From: a virus
IMG/VR virus record: IMGVR_UViG_3300030107_006707
Span: 1-64,000 of that record
Length of the DNA: 64,000 bases
Direction: 5' to 3' (one strand)
The translations under genes were made by a program, and so were the position numbers. The notes under the pieces were generated by a model, which searched no databases, was not told the DNA's origin, and worked only from the letters and a program-made list of their open reading frames with translations. Positions 60,846 through 64,000 of this stretch are shown here, piece after piece (positions within the stretch are counted from its first letter, which is position 1; each line of letters starts with the position of its first letter).

Positions 60846-60904
60846 ATTTCAGGTATCAAGACCCTCTAATAATACAATGCTACAATAAGTAGCTTTCTTT
60901 TTTA

Positions 60905-60980
60905 TGGTGCCCAAAGTAGGACTTGAACCTACAACCTTTGGTTTACAAAACCACTGCTCTACCAATTGAGCTATTCGGGC
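60905..60980 (-). tRNA. tRNA-Thr(UGU)
   Basis: 76 nt cloverleaf: GCCCGAA/TTTGGGC-A-CCA, anticodon loop TT-TGT-AA, T-loop TTCAAGT. Confidence 0.93.
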
Positions 60981-60981
60981 A

Positions 60982-61058
60982 TGGTAGGGAGTCTAGGACT
61001 TGAACCTAGAACCTACTGATTATGAGTCAGTTGCTCTAACCAATTGAGCTAACTCCCC
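60982..61058 (-). tRNA. tRNA with CAU anticodon, probably tRNA-Ile2 (lysidine substrate); elongator Met not excluded
   Basis: 77 nt cloverleaf with CCA; anticodon arm ACTGA-CTCATAA-TCAGT; no initiator features; tilS 1.2 kb upstream. Confidence 0.85.
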
Positions 61059-61084
61059 GTAAAAATCTTTTCCTTTCTGCGTTT

Positions 61085-61113
61085 ATTATATTTGATATTT
61101 TTATTGTTGTGAA
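61085..61113 (-). promoter_or_regulatory. sigma70-like promoter for the tRNA pair, TTCACA-N17-TATAAT
   Basis: Perfect -10, 5/6 -35, 17-nt spacer, 27 nt upstream of the tRNA. Confidence 0.7.
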
Positions 61114-61120
61114 GTGTTTT

Positions 61121-61594
61121 TTAGATCAAGTCCAAATCATTACCTGAGTACCACGGTTGCCAACGGTCAGCCGACCCTGGGTATTCAACTTTGTAGTTGC
61201 CGCCACGGCTACCTGGCTGGGCATCAGCAACAACAGCAATGATGCCTGCCAACTTCTGGCGCTGATTACGCTTGCTGTCTTTGAAGACAACAACAGAACC
61301 GACTGGATACTTAGGTGGCACAGGAGCAACCGAGTCCAGAGCTTGCGAAATGTTGTCTAGAAAATAACCAGCATGATAGTCTACCATGAGGTCACTGTGA
61401 TCATCCCAACGTCGCAGATGAGGAGCGCTGATGCTACCATCAGAGTTCTTGTAGAATGAGATCTCTTGGCCAGCCCCTTCAAACTTTACATAAACCTTTC
61501 GGTGATGAACAGCATCGTCCATAATAATGTCAACTTTGCGATTGACTAACTTAGCACGCCTTTGGATTTTTTTGATAGCATTCTCAAGCTTCAT
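61121..61594 (-). CDS. Hypothetical early protein, possible C-terminal SH3/KOW-like domain
   Basis: 157-aa ORF with GGGAG RBS and own promoter; YPVGSVVVF...G.IAVV...YKV. Confidence 0.7.
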   Translation of the reverse strand: MKLENAIKKIQRRAKLVNRKVDIIMDDAVHHRKVYVKFEGAGQEISFYKNSDGSISAPHLRRWDDHSDLMVDYHAGYFLDNISQALDSVAPVPPKYPVGSVVVFKDSKRNQRQKLAGIIAVVADAQPGSRGGNYKVEYPGSADRWQPWYSGNDLDLI

Positions 61595-61606
61595 AACTCT
61601 ATCTCC

Positions 61607-61644
61607 CTTACAATTTATAATACCATAGCATGGCTAGGAGTCAA
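61607..61644 (-). promoter_or_regulatory. Early promoter TTGACT-N16-TATTAT with extended -10 and conserved leader AAATTGTAAGG
   Basis: Same architecture as the element at 63957-63994. Confidence 0.7.
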
Positions 61645-61672
61645 GGAAATATAAAACTTTTTTTCACTTTTT

Positions 61673-62230
61673 TTACCAAAAATCAATTTCTTTTACAAAG
61701 GGCAAATCAATAAACTTATCAAAGCTAGAGCAGATGTAATCATCATTGCCTACCTTACTACCTGACTGTTGATGCTTGAAGATAGTACGATCACCAGTGC
61801 TAATGTAATCAGCAAAATCTTCTTTGTTGAAGTAATACATCTGCACACGTTTAGATTTAGAATCCTGCGGGTTGATACCACAAAAGATTAGGCGCTCCCA
61901 ATCCTTACCAACGGCAACATGATTAATAATAAACTTATCATCAATAATCTGATTACCCTTAGAGACAGCTAGTGAAAACTTAATCTCAGTCTTGTACCCA
62001 TCAATGATTCGGTCATGACCTGGGTCTGTAGGCGGAATAACCTTGTAGCCCATTTGGCCCATAAGGTTCTCTACAAAATATTCACCAGCTACACCTTTTT
62101 GTTTGTTGCCTAATTTGTGGTAATCTTTGAACACTAGATCACCAGACCAATTGTTATTGTGACGATTCAGCTTTTCCCATTGGGCGTCCTCAACCAGATA
62201 ATTGAATACTTCATTAATACATTTCTGCAT
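61673..62230 (-). CDS. Restriction-endonuclease-like PD-(D/E)XK protein
   Basis: KG..GE helix followed by HD.IIDG...EIK motif. Confidence 0.6.
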   Translation of the reverse strand: MQKCINEVFNYLVEDAQWEKLNRHNNNWSGDLVFKDYHKLGNKQKGVAGEYFVENLMGQMGYKVIPPTDPGHDRIIDGYKTEIKFSLAVSKGNQIIDDKFIINHVAVGKDWERLIFCGINPQDSKSKRVQMYYFNKEDFADYISTGDRTIFKHQQSGSKVGNDDYICSSFDKFIDLPFVKEIDFW

Positions 62231-62819
62231 GTCTTTGCTCCACTAGTTTACGAAATGTTTTGTGAATACCAGGGTTAACTTCTTTAGCATTTGGTAGGAT
62301 ATCGTGCCTAACAATGCTCCTCATATATTTTCTATCATGATTACCAGGGTCCGTCAAGAAAGGAACATTTTTATTTTCACACCACTGAACAAGATTTTCT
62401 TTTGGCGTAGAGAGAAATGGTCTGATAACATTTCTATTCTTATATGGGATGATACTAGCCCGCCCATGAATAGAAGAAAACAAAAACCACTCAATCACAT
62501 CGTCTAAATTGTGCCCTGTAATAACAGGCAAGTTAAAGCCATGAAACTCTTTATATCGCTCGTTTCGCCAGTGCTCCTCAATAGAGGTCTTGCTTGATCT
62601 TTCCTGACTCAAAGACCCCACAGCAAGTGGAATTTCTTTTTCTTTACAATACTGCCTGACGAAGTTGTAAGCCTCTTCACCAAACTCAGTTCGGTGATCA
62701 AAATAAAAAGCTGTTACTTTATGATTGTTATTAAGAAAATCTAGGATAGCCATGGAATCAGGGCCACCGCTTACAGCTACAACAAGTTCTCTAGGCAACT
62801 TCCCTAAAACTTTTAACAT
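62214..62819 (-). CDS. tilS: tRNA(Ile)-lysidine synthetase, catalytic domain only
   Basis: PP-loop SGGPDS, DH, R.ERY, TGHNLDD, IRPFL, D..N, R..VR; 201 aa. Confidence 0.9.
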   Translation of the reverse strand: MLKVLGKLPRELVVAVSGGPDSMAILDFLNNNHKVTAFYFDHRTEFGEEAYNFVRQYCKEKEIPLAVGSLSQERSSKTSIEEHWRNERYKEFHGFNLPVITGHNLDDVIEWFLFSSIHGRASIIPYKNRNVIRPFLSTPKENLVQWCENKNVPFLTDPGNHDRKYMRSIVRHDILPNAKEVNPGIHKTFRKLVEQRHAEMY

Positions 62820-62820
62820 C

Positions 62821-63045
62821 TTATAACATCACTACTCTAACTTTACCAGGGTAACCAGGCATCCCAGTTTTACATTCTAAGCCTTGATCCTCAGCAACCT
62901 TGAGAACCACCTCGGACAACGCTTCACTATCACCAACGATAAAGTAAGTAAATAAATGTTTACCCATCCATAGAGATAAGAATTTTTTAACTTCATTCTC
63001 CACCTCCTCATATTCTAGTCCTTGTAAATCTAATGTAGGAACCAT
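62821..63045 (-). CDS. Stand-alone Smr-like domain protein
   Basis: Start reassigned to MVPTLDLQG (ATG 63045, AAGGAG RBS; the longer ORF overlaps a tRNA); TLDL.G...V..FL...IVG.S..L...V...G.VRV pattern. Confidence 0.65.
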   Translation of the reverse strand: MVPTLDLQGLEYEEVENEVKKFLSLWMGKHLFTYFIVGDSEALSEVVLKVAEDQGLECKTGMPGYPGKVRVVML

Positions 63046-63058
63046 TATTGAAACTCCT

Positions 63059-63135
63059 TGGTGATCCAGGCAGGATTTGAACCTGCGACCCACGGTTTAG
63101 AAGACCGTTGCTCTATCCAACTGAGCTACTGGACC
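63059..63135 (-). tRNA. tRNA-Arg(UCU)
   Basis: 77 nt cloverleaf GGTCCAG/CTGGATC-A-CCA, A20 in D-loop, anticodon arm ACGGT-CT-TCT-AA-ACCGT. Confidence 0.95.
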
Positions 63136-63139
63136 ATAG

Positions 63140-63304
63140 TTGAAGAGTTTTCGCCCAAGTACGTCTGGGACTCCTGTTCCATGTGTATCTGACCCAACAA
63201 ACCGTTTTCCACACGCAACTCTTCAAAAGGTATGTGGTTACTGAAGGGAGGGACGCTGGCTCTTTGTGCTTCCTGCCAGATCGGTTCGGGTTTACCCCTA
63301 ACAC
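63140..63304 (-). ncRNA. Candidate structured, pseudoknotted non-coding RNA
   Basis: GC-elevated intergenic block with nested helices and a 10-bp loop-to-3'-tail pairing (63217-63226 with 63140-63149). Confidence 0.55.
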
Positions 63305-63339
63305 TTATCTTCGTCTAGTCATCATCATAATAAATATTC

Positions 63340-63426
63340 CTATCCCATTAAAATCATTACTGATGTAACTAACATACCTGTTGCAACACCAGCCAAGAAC
63401 ATCAATGGTTCCATCCAGTTAGTCAT
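63340..63426 (-). CDS. 28-aa hydrophobic (single-TM) peptide
   Basis: AGGAG RBS; MTNWMEPLMFLAGVATGMLVTSVMILMG; below the ORF-track cutoff. Confidence 0.55.
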   Translation of the reverse strand: MTNWMEPLMFLAGVATGMLVTSVMILMG

Positions 63427-63436
63427 AATAAATCTC

Positions 63437-63751
63437 CTAAAGTCCGTAGACGCCAATGACGTCTTTTGCTTTATCATGAAGAATATTTCCACGAGGGAAG
63501 TTGCGAGCAGGAGCCTTCCAAGAAGCTGGCTTCCAAATCAGTCCATCCTCTTTGCTGACGAAGAACCAAACACTCTTGTGGTACGGGCCCTCATCTTTAT
63601 AGACCTTGTAAAATTTACCACCCTCGGACACTTTGACCTCGGGCACATTCAAGTTTGAAAACTTAGACTTGTAGTGCTCGTTGAGCATCCCTACACATTG
63701 ATCAAGAAAATCACCCAGGTGAAACTCTACTTCGGGATTTGCGATAGCCAT
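63437..63751 (-). CDS. Small phage protein (KPASWKAPA motif)
   Basis: Start reassigned to MAIANP (ATG 63751, AAGGA RBS); G.KFYKV...SV.FFV....G.I.KPASWKAPA...RGNI. Confidence 0.75.
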   Translation of the reverse strand: MAIANPEVEFHLGDFLDQCVGMLNEHYKSKFSNLNVPEVKVSEGGKFYKVYKDEGPYHKSVWFFVSKEDGLIWKPASWKAPARNFPRGNILHDKAKDVIGVYGL

Positions 63752-63752
63752 A

Positions 63753-63947
63753 TTATGCTTCCTTTCGTAAACAGTCTGCGAAGTGGTGTTCAATAGGAAA
63801 GACACTAGAAGGCACAGCATCTTGCCAATCTACAACGACCATTCGCTCACCCTCAAACAAATGACCCTCAAGGCTGATAACCTTGCCAATCTTATTGCGG
63901 TAATAGGGGTGAAAAAGGTGACTAACTTTGGAACCTACTTCAAGCAT
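63753..63947 (-). CDS. Small SH3-like early protein
   Basis: LEVGSKV.H......IGKVI......VVDW pattern; AAGGAG RBS. Confidence 0.65.
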   Translation of the reverse strand: MLEVGSKVSHLFHPYYRNKIGKVISLEGHLFEGERMVVVDWQDAVPSSVFPIEHHFADCLRKEA

Positions 63948-63956
63948 TTCTCTCTC

Positions 63957-63994
63957 CTTACAACTTATAATAACACAGCACAGTTAGTTGTCAA
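63957..63994 (-). promoter_or_regulatory. Early promoter TTGACA-N16-TATTAT with extended -10 and conserved leader AAGTTGTAAGG
   Basis: Perfect -35, TGn-TATTAT; twin of the 61607-61644 element. Confidence 0.7.
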
Positions 63995-64000
63995 TAAAAT

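Noticed and set aside
60982-61058. CAU tRNA as initiator tRNA-fMet
   Set aside because: Lacks the C1:A72 mismatch and the three consecutive G-C pairs in the anticodon stem.
63046-63304. ORF 63113-63304 and the N-terminal extension of ORF 62821-63093
   Set aside because: Both overlap tRNA-Arg; better explained by the tRNA, the structured RNA and a downstream ATG with RBS.
318-63658. The many plus-strand ORFs in the track
   Set aside because: They lie antisense to longer motif-bearing minus-strand genes or RNA features and show no recognisable motifs; treated as shadow ORFs.
1-64000. Stop-codon reassignment
   Set aside because: The standard code gives dense, full-length genes; TAA, TGA and TAG all end genes at sensible places; no suppressor tRNA seen.

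Overview
A 64-kb, AT-rich, gene-dense segment of a large tailed phage genome (myovirus-like, probably a jumbo phage). Standard genetic code; every credible gene is on the minus strand. In transcription order (right to left): (1) an early/translation module (63.9-60.9 kb) with sigma70-type promoters, tRNA-Arg(UCU), tRNA-CAU (probably Ile2), tRNA-Thr(UGU), a truncated TilS, an Smr-like protein and a candidate pseudoknotted ncRNA; (2) fibre/decoration proteins (60.7-54 kb); (3) an RNA-ligase-like/HxGH nucleotidyltransferase fusion, a complete tmRNA (tag ANDDFQLAQAA), PIN-PhoH, a metallopeptidase and a PD-(D/E)XK nuclease (53.5-47.4 kb); (4) a 22-gene, 17.7-kb glycan island (47.4-29.7 kb) with glycosyltransferases, amino-deoxysugar enzymes, a transketolase/RpiB/PfkB/HAD/NTP-transferase set and PAPS/sulfotransferase genes; (5) a phage sigma factor and a baseplate/tail module including a 3621-aa protein (28.9-0 kb). 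Strongest hypothesis: several virion proteins are strongly enriched in the tripeptide [S/T]-G-S (31 copies by eye in the 3621-aa protein versus 4 in about 5,900 aa of glycan-island enzymes). This suggests a phage-encoded O-glycosylation system that coats the virion with a possibly sulfated glycan. Other notable items are in-frame ~150-aa plug-in domains, a structured RNA abutting tRNA-Arg, and a late-promoter-like motif that reads as the reverse complement of the T4 late promoter. All assignments come from motif recognition by eye; no searches were run.
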